A DNA stretch of 64,000 nucleotides from the human T2T-CHM13v2.0 reference genome, Homo sapiens. The notes beneath the pieces are model-generated. The model ran no database searches, was not told the origin of the DNA, and saw nothing but the letters and a program-made list of their open reading frames with translations. Made by a program: the position numbers and the translations under genes. The stretch lies in the NCBI RefSeq assembly GCF_009914755.1, contig NC_060925.1; one strand, 5' to 3'. This document shows, in pieces, positions 44,635-56,762 of the stretch. How positions within the stretch are numbered: position 1 is the stretch's first letter; each line of letters opens with the position of its first letter.

Positions 44635-46860
44635 AGTAACCTTTTAACTGACTAAAATTGAAGTATAAATTAATAAAAGCTCACCAAGTACAGGTATACA
44701 ACTTAATAAAGCTTCATAAGCTAAACAACCATGCAACCAATGCACAAATGAAGAAATAACATGTTACCAGCATCTCAGAAGCAGTCCACCTGGGAAGCAG
44801 GTTCTCAAAAGCAGTCCGAGTCACTACCAGCCCCCAAACATTAACTTTTTCCTGGCATCTAACACTGTACATTTGTTCTTCATGTTCTGAACTGTATATA
44901 AAGGGAATCATACAGTATGAACTCTTTGGTGCCTGGATTTTTTTTCCCCAAAATTGTGTTTGTGATACTGATTCATTTTCTGGTTTGTAGATATAGATCG
45001 TTGATTCTCATTGCTGTATGGTATTTCTCTATGAGAATATACTACCATTTATGCATCCATTTTATTGCTAAAAGGTATTTTAGTAGTTTCCAATTTGGAA
45101 TTTTTAAAAATAGTGCTAATGTGAATATTTACGTATTTGTCCTTTTGTGACTATATGTACACACTTCTGTTAGGTACATACCTAGGAAAATATAATGACT
45201 GGGTCAGAGGATAGGGATATGCTCAGCTCTAGTGAATACTGTTAACTTTTCCAAATTCTTTCTACCATCTATTATTCCCATCAGCAGTGTGTGAAAGTTT
45301 CAATTGCTCCACACTCTGTCTAAACTTGGTATTGTCTATCTTTTTTCGTGTTAGCCATTTCGGTGGCTATGTGGAGATAACACGTTGTGACTTGAATTTG
45401 CATTTCTCTTATGAATGGTGAGATTAAACTCTTTATTATATGTTTATTGGAAATACAGAAATGCCCTTTCATGAATTGCCTGTTCAGGTTGTTCAGATAT
45501 TTTTCTATTTGCTCATTTCTTGTTTTTTTGTTGATCTGTGAGTAGGAACACATGTGTATATATGTTCTGGGAACAAGCCCTTTGTTAAATATAGATATTA
45601 CATACAGCTTCTCCATCTCTGTGGCTTGGCATTTTGCAATCTTGGTGGTGTTTTTGATAATCAGAAATTTTTAATTTTAATGAAATCCAATTTGTCATTT
45701 TTCCACCTTATTGGTATGCTTTTTATTACCTGATTAAGGAATCTTTCCTATTGACAAGATCTGAAGACATTCTCCCAGAGTTTAGAATTTTGTTTGTTTG
45801 TTTTTGGTTGTGTAATATATTTTTATTTTCTATGGGTACATAATATACATATTTATGGGGTACATGTGACATTTTGCTACACACATAGAATGTATAATGA
45901 TCAAGTCACAGTATTTAGAATATCCATCACCGTGAGCATTTATCGTTTATCTGTGGTGAGTACATTTCAGTTCCTCACTTCCAGATATTTTGAAAGATAC
46001 AACACATTCTCATTAACTATAGTCAGCTCACTCTAATATCAGTCATTAGAACTTGTTTATTCTATTTAACTATATGTTTGTACCCATTAACCAACCTCTC
46101 TTTATCCCCCACAACCCCATGCACATACACGCCTTTCCCAGCCTCTGGTAACTATCATTCTATTCTCTACCTTCATGAAATCACCATTTTTAGCTCCCAC
46201 ATATGATGGAACAGGTGATCATTGTCTTTCTGTGTCTGGCATATTCTATTTAACATAATGACCTCCATCCAGTTTCATCCATTTTGCTGCAAATAATATG
46301 ATTTCCTTATTTTTATGGCTGAGTGGTATTCCATTATATATATATATATAATATTTTCTTTGTGCATTCATCTGTTGATGGACTCTTAGGTTGATTCCAT
46401 ATCTTTGCTATTGTGATAGTGCTGCAGTAAACATTAGGATGTGTATATCCTTTTGATATACTGATTTTCTTTCCTTCAAATAAATACTTAGTAGTGGGAT
46501 TGCAGGATCACATGGTAGTTCTATTTTTAGTTATTTCAGAAATCTCCATACTGTTACCCATAATGGCTGTATTAATTTGCATACCCACCAATGGTGTATG
46601 AGAATTCTCTGCATCCTCTCAAGCATCTGTTATTCTTCATCTTTTTGATCATAGCCATTCTTGCTGGAGTGAGAGGATATCTCACTGTGGTTTTAGTTTG
46701 CATTGCCCTGAGGATTAGTGATATTGAGCAATTTTTCATATACTTGTTGGCCATTTGTATATCTTCTTTTTAGAAATGTCTGTTTAGATCCTTTGCCCAC
46801 TTTTTAACAGGATTGTTTGGTTTTTTGCTGTTGTTTGAGTTCCTGCATACCCAAAATATA
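44635..46860 (-). mobile_element. Stacked old L1 3' fragments: L1ME/MD-like about 44635-45790, L1MA-like about 45810-46860
   Basis: Two successive antisense L1 3'-end sequences. Confidence 0.7.
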
Positions 46861-46886
46861 ATACTTATATTTTAAGAATTTTTTTA

Positions 46887-46929
46887 TTAGGTTGGTGCAA
46901 AAGTTATCGTGGTTTTTGTCATGACTTTT
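46887..46929. mobile_element. Half of a MADE1 (Hsmar1 mariner MITE): one 37-bp TIR plus spacer
   Basis: TA-TTAGGTTGGTGCAAAAGTTATCGTGGTTTTTGTCATG-ACTTTT; 32/37 match to the recalled MADE1 TIR. No second TIR. Confidence 0.85.
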
Positions 46930-49900
46930 TTTTTTTATTATACTTAAAGTTCTGAGATACATCTGCAGAACATGCAGGTTTGTTACATAGGTATACATTT
47001 GCCATGGTGGTTTGCTGCACCCACCAACCCATCATCTAGATTTTAAGCCCCACATGCATTAGGTATTTGTCCTAATGCTCTCCCTCCCCTTGTATTCCAC
47101 CACCCCTGACAGGTCCTGGTGTGTGATGTTCCCCTCCCTCTGTCCATGTGTTCTCATTGTTCAACTCCCACTTATGAGTGAGAACTTAGGGTGTTTGGTC
47201 TTCAGTTCCTGCGTTAGTTTGCTAAGAATGATGATTTCCAGCTTCATCCATGTCCCTGCAAAGGACATGAACTCATTCTTTTTTATGGCTGCATAGTATT
47301 CCATGGTGTATATGTGCCACATTTTCTTTAGTCTATCATTGATGGGCATTTGGGTTGGTTCCAAGTCTTTGCTATTGTGAATAGTGCTACAATAAACATG
47401 TGTGCACATGTCTTTGTAGTAGAATGATTTAGAATCCTTTGGGTGTATACCAGTAATGGGATTGCTGGGTCAAATGGTATTTCTGGTTAGAGATCTTTGA
47501 GGAATTCCTGCATTGTCTTCCACAATGGTTAAGCTAATTTACACTCCCACCAACAGTGTAAAAGTGTTCGTATATATCCACATCCTCTCCAGCATCTATT
47601 GTTTCCTGACTTTTTTTTTCTTTTTTTTTTTTGGGTGGGGACAGAGTTTCACTCTTGTTGCCCAGGCTAGAGTGCAATGGCATGATCTCGGCTCACCACA
47701 GTTTCCGCCTCCTGGGTTCAAGCGATTCTTTAAATTATGTGTGGTGGCGCATGCCTGTAATCCCAAGTAGCTGGGATTACAGGCATGCGCCACCACACCC
47801 AGCTAATTTTGTATTTTCAGTAGAAACAGAGTTTCTCCATGCTGGTCAGGCAGGTCTCAAACTCCCAACCTCAAGTGATCCACCCGCCTCAGCCTCCCAA
47901 AGTGCTGGGATTACAGGCATGAGCCACCGCGCCTGGCCCCTGACTTTTTAATCATCGCCATTCTACCTGGAGTGAGATGGTATCTCATTGTGGCTTTGAT
48001 CTGCATTTCTCTAATGTCCAGTGATGATGAGCTTTTTTTCATGTGTTTGTTGGCCACATATATGTCTTCTTTTGACAAGTGTCTGTTCATATCCTTTGCC
48101 CACTTTTTGTTGGGGTTGTTTGTTTTTTTCTTGTAAATTTATTTAAATTCCTTGTAGATTCTGGATATTAGACCTTTGTCAGATGGATAGATTGCAAAAA
48201 TTTTCTCCCATTCTGCAGGTTGCCTGTTCACTCTGATGATATTTTCTTTTGCTGTGCACAAGCTCTTTAGTTTAATTAGATCCAATTTGCCAATTTTGGC
48301 TTTTGTTGCAATTGCTTTTAGTGTTTCAGTCATGAAGTCTTTGCACATGCCTATGTCCTGAATGGTATTGCCTAGGTTTTCTTCTAGGGTTTTTATGGTT
48401 TTAGATTTTACATTTAAGTCTTTAATCCATCTTGAGTTAATTTTTGTATAAGGTGTAAGGAAGGGATCCAGTTTCAGCTTTCTACATGTGGTTAGGCAGT
48501 TTTCCAGCACCTTTTATTAAATAGGGAATTCCTTCCCCATTGCTTGTTTTCGTCAGGTTTGTCAAAGATCAGATGGTTGTAGATGTGTGGCATTATTTCT
48601 GAGGCCTCTGTTCTGTTCTATTGGTCTATATATCTGTTTTGGTACCAGTACCATGCTGTTTTGGTTACTGTAGCCTTGTAGTATAGTTTGAAGTCAGGTA
48701 GCATGATGCCTCCAGCTTTATTCTTTTTGCTTAGGATTGTCTTGGCTATGTGGGCTCTTTTTTGGTTCCACATGAAATTTAAAGTACTTTTTTCTAATTC
48801 AGTGAAGAAAATCAATGATAGCTTGATGGGAATAGCATTGAATCTCTAAATTACTTTAGGCAGTATGGCCATTGATTCTTCCTGTCCATGAGCATGGAAG
48901 TTTTTCCAGTTGTTTGTGTCCTCTCTCATTTCCTTGAGCAGTGGTTTGTAGTTATCCTTGAAGAGGTCCTTCACGTCCATTGTAAGTTGCATTCCTAGGT
49001 ATTTTATTTTCTTTGTAGCAATTTTGAATGGGAGTTCACTCATGATTTGGCTCTCTGTTTGTCTTATTGGTGTAAAAGAATGCTTGTGATTTTTACACAT
49101 TGATTTAGTATCCTGAGACTGCTGTATTTGCTTATCAGCTTAAGGAGTTTTTGGGCTGAGAAAATGGGGTTTTCTAAATATACAATCATGTCATCTGCAA
49201 ACAGAGACAACTTGACTTCCCCTCTTCCTGTCTGAATGCCTTTTATTTCTTTCTCTTGCATGATTGCCCTGGCCAGAACTTCCAATACTATGTTGAAATA
49301 GGAGCGGTGAGAGAGGGCATACTTGTCTTGTGCAGGTTTTCAAAGGTAATCCTTCCAGTTTTTGCACATTCAGTATGATACTGGCTATGGGTTTGTCATA
49401 AATAACTCTTACTATTTTGAGATATGCTCCATCAATACCTAGTTTATTGAGTGTTTTTATCGTGAAGGGGTGTTGAATTTTATTGAAGGCCTTTTCTGCA
49501 TCTATTGAGATAATCATGTGGTTTTTATCATTGGTTCTGTTTATGTGATGGATTACATTTATTGATTTGCGTATGTTGAACTGCCCTTGCATCCCAGGGA
49601 TGAAGCTGACCTGATTGTGGTGGATAAGCTTTTTGATGTGCTGCTGGATTCAGTTTGCCAGTATTTTATTGAGGATTTTCACATCGATGTTCATCAGGAA
49701 TATTGGCCTGAAATTTTCTTTTTTTGTTGTGTCTCTGCCAGGTTTTGGTATCAGGATGATGCTGGCCTCATAAAATGATTTAGGGAGGATTCCCTCTTTT
49801 TCTATTGTTTGGAATAGTGTCAGAAGGAATGGTACCAGCTCCTCTTTGTACCTCTGGTAGAATTTGGCTGTGAATCCTTCTGGTCCTGGGCTTTTTTTTT

Positions 49901-52900
49901 TTTTTGTGGTTAGTAGGCTATTAATTATTGCCTCAATTTCAGAACTTGTTATTGGTCTACTCAGGGATTCGACTTCTTCCTGGTTTAGACTTGGGAGTGT
50001 GTAATGTGTCCAGGAATGCATCCATTTCTCCTATATTTTCTAGTTTATTTGCGTAGAGGTGTTTATAGTGTTCTCTGATGGTAGTTTGTATTTCTGAGGG
50101 ATCAGTGGTGATATCCCCTTTATCATTTTTTATTGTGTCTGTTTGATTCTTCTCTCTTTTCTTCTTTGTTAGTCTGGCTAGCAGTCTATCTATTTTGTTA
50201 ATCTTTTCAAAAAACCAGCTCCTGGATTCATTTTTTTGAAGGGTTTTTCATGTCTCTATCTCCTTCAGTTCTGGTCAGATCTTAGTTACTTCTTGTCTCC
50301 TGCTAGCTTTTGAATTTGTTTGCTCTTGCTTCTCTAGTTCTTTTAGCTATCATGTTAGGGTGTCGATTTTAGATCTTTCCTGCTTTCTGATGTAGGCATT
50401 TAGTGCTATAAATTTCCCTCTTTATGCTGCTTTAGCTGTGTCCCAGAGATTCTGGTACATTGTGCCTTTGTCCTCATTGGTTTCAGAGAGCTTATTTATT
50501 TCTGCCTTAATTTCATTATTTACCCAGTAATCATTCAGGGGCAGGTTGTTCAGTTTCCATGTAGTTGTTCAGTTTTGAGTGAGTTTCTTAATCCTGACTT
50601 TTAATTTGATTGCACTGTGGTCTGAGAGACTGTTTGTTATAATTTCCATTCTTTTGCATTTGCTGAGGAGTGTTTTACTTCCAATTATGTGGTCAATTTT
50701 AGAATAAGTGCATTGTGGTGCTGAGAGGAATGTACGTTCTGTTGATTTGGGGTGAAGAGTTCTGTAGATGTCTATTAGGTCTGCTTGGTCCAGACCTGAG
50801 TTCAAGTCCTGAATATCCTTGTTAATTTTCTGTCTCATTCATCTGTCTAATACTGATAGTGGGGTGTTAAAGTCTCCCACTATTATTGTGTGAGAGTCTA
50901 AGTCTCCTTGAATGTCTCTAAGAACTTGCTTTATGAATCTGGGTGCTCCTGTATTGGGTGCATATATATTTAGGATAGTTAGCTCTTCTTGTTGCATTGA
51001 TCCCTTTACCATTATGTAATGTCTTTCTTTGTATTTTTTGACCTTTGTTGGTTTAAAATCAGTTTTATCAGAGACTAGAATTGCAATCCCTGCTCTTTTT
51101 TTTTCTATTTGCTACATCCCTTTATTTTGAGCCTATGTGTGTCTTTGCAAGTGAGATGGGTCTCCTGAATACAACACACCAATGGGTCTTGACTCTTTAT
51201 CCACTTTGCCAGTCTGTGTCTTGTAATTGGGGCATTTAGCCTATTTACATTTAAGGTTAATATTGTTATGTGTGAATTTGATCCTGTCATCATGATGCTA
51301 GCTGGTTATTTTACACATTAGTTAATACAGATTCTTCATAGTGTCGTTGGTCTTTATATTTTGGTATCTTTTTGCAGTGGCTGGTACCATTTTTTCCTTT
51401 CCATATTTAGTGCTTCCTTCAGGAGCTCTTGTAAGGTTGGCCTGGGGGTGACAAAATCACTCAGCATTTGCTTGTCTGTAAAGGATTTTATTTCTCCTTC
51501 ACTTATGAAACTTAGTTTGGCTGGATATGAAATTCTGGGTTGAAAATTCTTTTCTTTAGGAATGTTGAATATTGGCCCCCACCCTCTTCTGGCATGTAGG
51601 GTTTCTGCAGAGATACACTATTAGTCTGATGGGCTTCCCTTTGTAGGTAACCTGACCTTTCTCTCTGTCTGCCCTTAACATATTTTTTATTTCATTTCAA
51701 CCTTGGAGAATCTGACAATTATGTGTCTTGGGGTTGCTCTTCTCAAGGAGAATCTTAGAGGTGTTCTCTGTATTTCCTGAATTTGAATGTTGGCCTGCCT
51801 TGCTAGGTTGGGAAAGTTCTCCTCGATAACATCCTGAAGTGTGTTTTCCAACTTGGTTCCATTCTCCCCGTCACTTTCACATACACCAATCAATCGTATG
51901 TTTGCTCTTTTCACATAGTCCCATATTTCTTGGAGGCTTTGTTTGTTCCTTTTCATTCTTTTTTCTCTAATCTTGTCTTCATGCTTTATTTCATTAAGTT
52001 GATCTTCAATCTCTGATATCCTTTCTTCTGCTTGATCAATTCAGCTATTGATACTTGTGTATGCTTCACAAAGTTCTCGTGCTGTGTTTTTCAGCTCCAT
52101 CAGGTCATTTATCTTCTTCTCCAAACTGGTTATTCTAGTTAGCAATTCCTGTAGCCTTTTATCAAGGTTCTTAGCTTTCTTGCATTGGGTTAGAACATGC
52201 TCCTTTAGCTCAGAGGAGTTTGTTATTACCAACCTTCTGAAGCCTACTTCTGTCAATTCATCAAATTCATGCTCCATCCAGTTTTATGCCCTTGTTGGAG
52301 AGGAGTTGTGATCATTTGGAGGAGAAGAGGCATTCTTGGTTTTGGAATTTTCAGCATTTTGGGGCTGGTTTTTCCTCATCTTCATGGATTTATCCGCCTT
52401 TGAGCTTTAATGCTGACGCCCTTTGGATGGGGTTTTTGAGTGGGTGTCCTTTTTGTTGATGTTGATGTTATTGCTCTCTGTTTGTTAGTTTTCCTTCCAA
52501 CAGTCAGGCCCCTCTTCTGCAGGTCTGCTAGAGTTTGCTGGAGGTCCACTCCAGACCCTGTTTGCCTGGGTATTACCAGTGGAAGCTGCAGAACAGCAAA
52601 GATTGCTGCCTACTCCTTCCTCTGGAAGTTTCATCCCACAGGGGTACCTGCCTGATGCCAGCCAGAGCTCTCCTGTATGAGGTATCTGTCGACCACTCCT
52701 GGGAGGTGTCTCCCAGTCAGGAGGCACAGGGGTCAGGGACCCACTTGAGGAGGCAGTCTGTCCCTTAGTAGAGCTTGAGCACTGTGCTGGGAGATCTGCT
52801 GCTGTCTTCAGGGCTGGCAGGCAGGAAATTTTAAGTCTGCTGAAGCTGCACCCACAGCCACCCCTTCCCCCAGGTGCTCTGTCCCAGGGAGATGGGAGTT

Positions 52901-53666
52901 TTATTTATAAGCTCCTGACTGGGGCTGCTGCCTTTCTTTCAGAGATGCCCCACCCAGTGAGGAGGAATTTAGAGAGGCAGTCTGGCCACAGCCGCTTTGC
53001 CATGCTGTGGTGAGTTTGGCTTCCTTAACACTGTAAGGGGAAACGGCCTACTCAAGCCTCAGTAATGCTAGACACACCTCCCCACACCAAGCTCAATCCC
53101 AGGTCAACTTCAGACAGCTGTGCTGGCAGCAAGAATTTCAAGCCAGTGGTTCTTAGCTTGCTGGGCTCCATGGGACCCGCTGATCAAGATCACTTCGCTC
53201 CCTGGCTTCAACACCCTTTCCAGGAGAGTGAACAGCTCTGTCTCACTGGGGCACCAGGCACCACTGGTGTATGAAAAAAAACTCCTGCAGCTAGCTCAAG
53301 GTCTGCCCAAACAGCCACCTAGTTTTGTGCTTGAAACCCAGGACCCTCATGGTGTAGGCACACGAGGGAATACCCTGGTCTGTGGGTTGCCAAAACCATG
53401 GGTAGTATCTGGGCCGGGTAGCACAGTCCCTCACGGCTTCCTTTGGCTAGGGACGGTAGTTCCCCACCCCTTTGCACTTCCCGGGTGAGGCAACGCCCCA
53501 CCCTGCTTCTGCTCACCCTCCATGGGCTGCACCCAATGTCTAACCAGTCCCAATGAGATGAACCAGGTACCTCAGTTGGAAATGCAGAAATCACCTGCCT
53601 TCTGCGTTGGTCTTGCTGGGAGCTCCAGACCAGAGCTGTTCCTATTCAGTCATCTTGCCAGCTCTC
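46926..53666 (-). mobile_element. Near full-length L1PA7/L1PA8-like LINE-1 (5' UTR, ORF1, ORF2, 3' UTR, poly(A)); ORFs disrupted
   Basis: 5' end GAGAGCTGGCAAGATGACTGAATAGGAACAGC at 53666. ORF1 pieces at 52277-52041 and 51956-51687; ORF2 start MMTGSNSHITILTLNVN at 51293; [16 protein letters not shown]. Flanking repeats TTTAAGAATTTTTTTAT (46871-46887) and TTTAAGAAATTTTTTAT (53667-53683). Confidence 0.95.
47611..47938 (-). mobile_element. AluS (Sq/Sp-like) nested in the L1, containing an internal inverted duplication
   Basis: TSD CCTGACTTTTT on both sides; Alu body otherwise typical. Confidence 0.93.
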
Positions 53667-54649
53667 TTTAAGAAATTTTTTATCTATGTTCTTGAAAGAG
53701 GTTCACCAAAGTTTTTCTTTTACATTTGAAATTTTTATATTGTTTTCTTCTACTTCAACTTGAATTTCCATTTTACTTCTTTATGACATTTTTAGTGTAA
53801 CATATGCTTAAATATATTTATTGACTACTCTCTTTGAAAGAATGTGTAAGTACATTGAAATTGAAATATTTGTCTATTATTCCCTATGGTTATAAGGCTC
53901 TGTGTTTATAAATTCTTCTAAGTCAGACATCATTATACTTATTAGGATTAATAATAATTATTGTTCATTTTACCAAATAAAATATACTTATATTTTATAG
54001 ATAATTATATTTAAAGTTTTATTAGAAACATTTAATGAACTTATAAGAGCTGTCTCTTTTTTGTTTTCAATTACTTCATAGAACCATAGAAAATATTATC
54101 TGTTGATAGTTTCCATCTTTTTATATGTAAGTAACTAAGGAAACTTGTTTATGTGGCTACTCAAGTTGGGTTTCCTGGCAGAGATGAGGGAGATTGCCAG
54201 AACATACAATTTAGTATGCTCCCAGATTCTAACACATAAGATGGGCCATGACAAGGGATACTAATGTTCCTGAAGAAGTAATGATCAAGTTGTAAGTCAT
54301 AGGGGTAGTACAGAAGGTCCAGGGAAGTTGCCAAGGTGGGATGAGTAAGGAGAAAAAATGCCTTAGGAACAGGGGACACAGAGTCAAAGAAAGGACGATA
54401 CCAACTCCTGGGAGGGGCAGACACTGCAGTTCCTAGCCATCTGTGGGGCAGCCCCACAAAAGCCTCCTGTAGGGTGGGCAGTCTCAGGAGCGAGTGCAAT
54501 GGGGATGTCTTGTCACTGACATTAAAGAAAGGGGTGATGAGAGAGGGTGTTTCTCCCTTGTGGTATTTTGGGGAATAATCTTCTTCACTGATGTTGTCTT
54601 ATACTAAAGTACTTTCTTCTTTCTCTCAGTTTACTTTCAACTAGGGAAA

Positions 54650-54825
54650 ATTTCCTAGCAGCAGCAGAAATAAGGCAAAGTCCCCTGCCAGCACCACTCC
54701 CAACTCAGGTCCCACAGCCCTGTCCTCCCCAGGTGCCTGAGCCCTGTCTCCCACCCTTCATACAGTAGAAGTCCAGCTGTTAATACCACTTATGCCAGCA
54801 AGACTGCGCAGCAAAGCAGAAATGA
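54650..54825 (+). pseudogene. Decayed SPRR-like gene (relic A), coding exon
   Basis: TACTAA (54602-54607), pyrimidine tract, acceptor AG at 54628-54629, then 20 nt to ATT at the start-codon position. With one 1-nt frameshift it reads (M)S*QQQK*GKVPCQ/PLPTQVPQPCPPQVPEPCLPPFIQ*KSSC*YHLCQQDCAAKQK*. Confidence 0.8.
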
Positions 54826-55933
54826 CCCTCAGAAGCCACCTTCTCTGACCTGGACAAGAGGATACTGCATCCCCCGCCCACTTCCATCCCCTTACTTCCA
54901 GCAATAATAGGGACCACCACACAACCTAGAAGATGCTACCTGTCTTCAGATTCAAGATGGAAGATATTGTCATAGTCTACTGGGGTCTCCTCCCTGAATC
55001 TACAGCCCCTCCCAGCTTTTCACCCAGGAGACAACATGGTTTAGACAGAGTGCCACGTTTTCAAACCTTCCACCTGTGATCCAAATATGCCATATTTCCA
55101 CCGGCTACCTTCTCTACCACACTGCCTTCTGCTGGCTATATGAGATTCCTGCAAGAACACAGAACATTCACATCTCTGCCTCAATGGAATTCAAAAACTT
55201 CATTAACGTTTCTAGGAGCAAACATTGTTTAAAAAAATTAACACATGAAAACTGCTTAAATCAATGAAAAATTTGCCAGAATTCTTTACAGCACAACTCC
55301 ACATTCTTTGATGAAGACAATCACATTGTCTGTTTGTATTTTCTCCCTAATAATCTCCATAAATCCTAACAAAGCTCACCCCTTCCTCTGGACTTTGAAC
55401 CTATTCCAAGACCTATGATGTTTTTTTTTTCTCTCTCTGCTTCCCAATCAAACATATGTATCCCTGACTGGTCATGTCTCTGCTCTTTGCTGGAGATGTA
55501 AAAAAGTCAAGAGAGACAAAGTCACAGAGAGACAAAGGACAAATGGAGGAAAGTGGAGACTGAATGGTAAATCCTTGGAAGGACCCTAGAGGCAATCAGG
55601 GGCCACCCAAGAGTGACAAGGGGACCTGGTTCAAGTCAGAAGGTCTTCTTTTTCCCTCTGGTTGCCCAGTCTCAGTCTCTGATTTCAGCTGCCTCCAGAC
55701 CCACCTCTACATGAGGCACCTATCCATTTCTGATTAGGGACTCGCCATGCAAGGAAGGTGAGGAGAGTACACAAAGGAGCCATCAGTGTCAGGGCTGCAG
55801 GAGGGATGAGCATGTGACAGGCCCTGCAAGGTTCATAGATGTGTGAGTGCTCAGCATCTGGGACCAGAATTGTGAGCCTGGCTCTGCACAGAGCCCAGTC
55901 TGTTGGGGATGGACCCCAGAGACAGTTATTACT

Positions 55934-56286
55934 GCAGCAGTTCTCACACTACTTGGCCTTGAAAATAATTTACACACTTAAGATTATTAAGGACCCTAAG
56001 TAGATTTTATTCATGTGATTTACATCTATTGATATTTCTTGTATTAAAAATTAAAACTAGAAAATAACACATTTTACATAAGTAGATATTGCACTAGCTG
56101 GCAGAGTGATGATGTCATTGCATATCATCTACTCTCCGGAAAATTCTACCATAGACTAATGAAAAAATATGAGTAAAAAAGTCAAATAATGTCAGCATTA
56201 TGATTAAAATTGTTTTGATCTCACTGACCCTACTGAATGCATCTCAGGGACCCCAAGGTTCCCACACCACACTTTGACAACCACTG
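55934..56286. mobile_element. hAT-Charlie MITE
   Basis: CAGCAGTTCTCA...GGGACCCCAAGGTTCCCACACCACACTTTGACAACCACTG, with hAT-type TIRs. Confidence 0.7.
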
Positions 56287-56719
56287 GTCTAGGGCATGAT
56301 TGTAGGCCAGGTCTCCAGGGTCTCAGAGCACAACACACCACAGTAGCACAAGTCTCAAAGGGTTGAGGACATTCTCCTTGGTCTCAGCTTACTTGTGGGT
56401 TTTATTTATGCCTGTTGTTTAACTATCCAGCTAAATTAAGTTCTGACCTTTAATTCAATAATCATTAATCAGAACCAATTTAGCACTGCTAAATTGAGTT
56501 CTGTACCATTATTCAACAACCATTGACAACAACAGCTAGAAAGCATCTAGTTTATAAAACCTGAAGACAAAGAGAATAAGACACTGAGGCTCACTAGAGA
56601 AGCCTCCTCGGTTGTCTCCTGCAGCAGTGGGGACACACATGTGCTGCATGAACCATTAGGCTGATCTGACGAGGGCTTCTATTAGGCACAGAGGGCATGT
56701 GGGATGATGTATTGAATGT

Positions 56720-56762
56720 ATGTCTTCATAAGGGACAGCCTTGAATTATGTGCAGGCTTGTG
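56720..56762 (+). repeat. Copy 1 of a 43-bp local duplication (copy 2 at 59092-59134)
   Basis: 41/43 identical by manual alignment. Confidence 0.9.

Noticed and set aside
48139-52277. RT, endonuclease and ORF1-like ORFs as a novel or active retroelement system
   Set aside because: Frameshifted pieces of an ordinary L1PA element; the same applies to ORFs in 1-4410 and 7183-8290.
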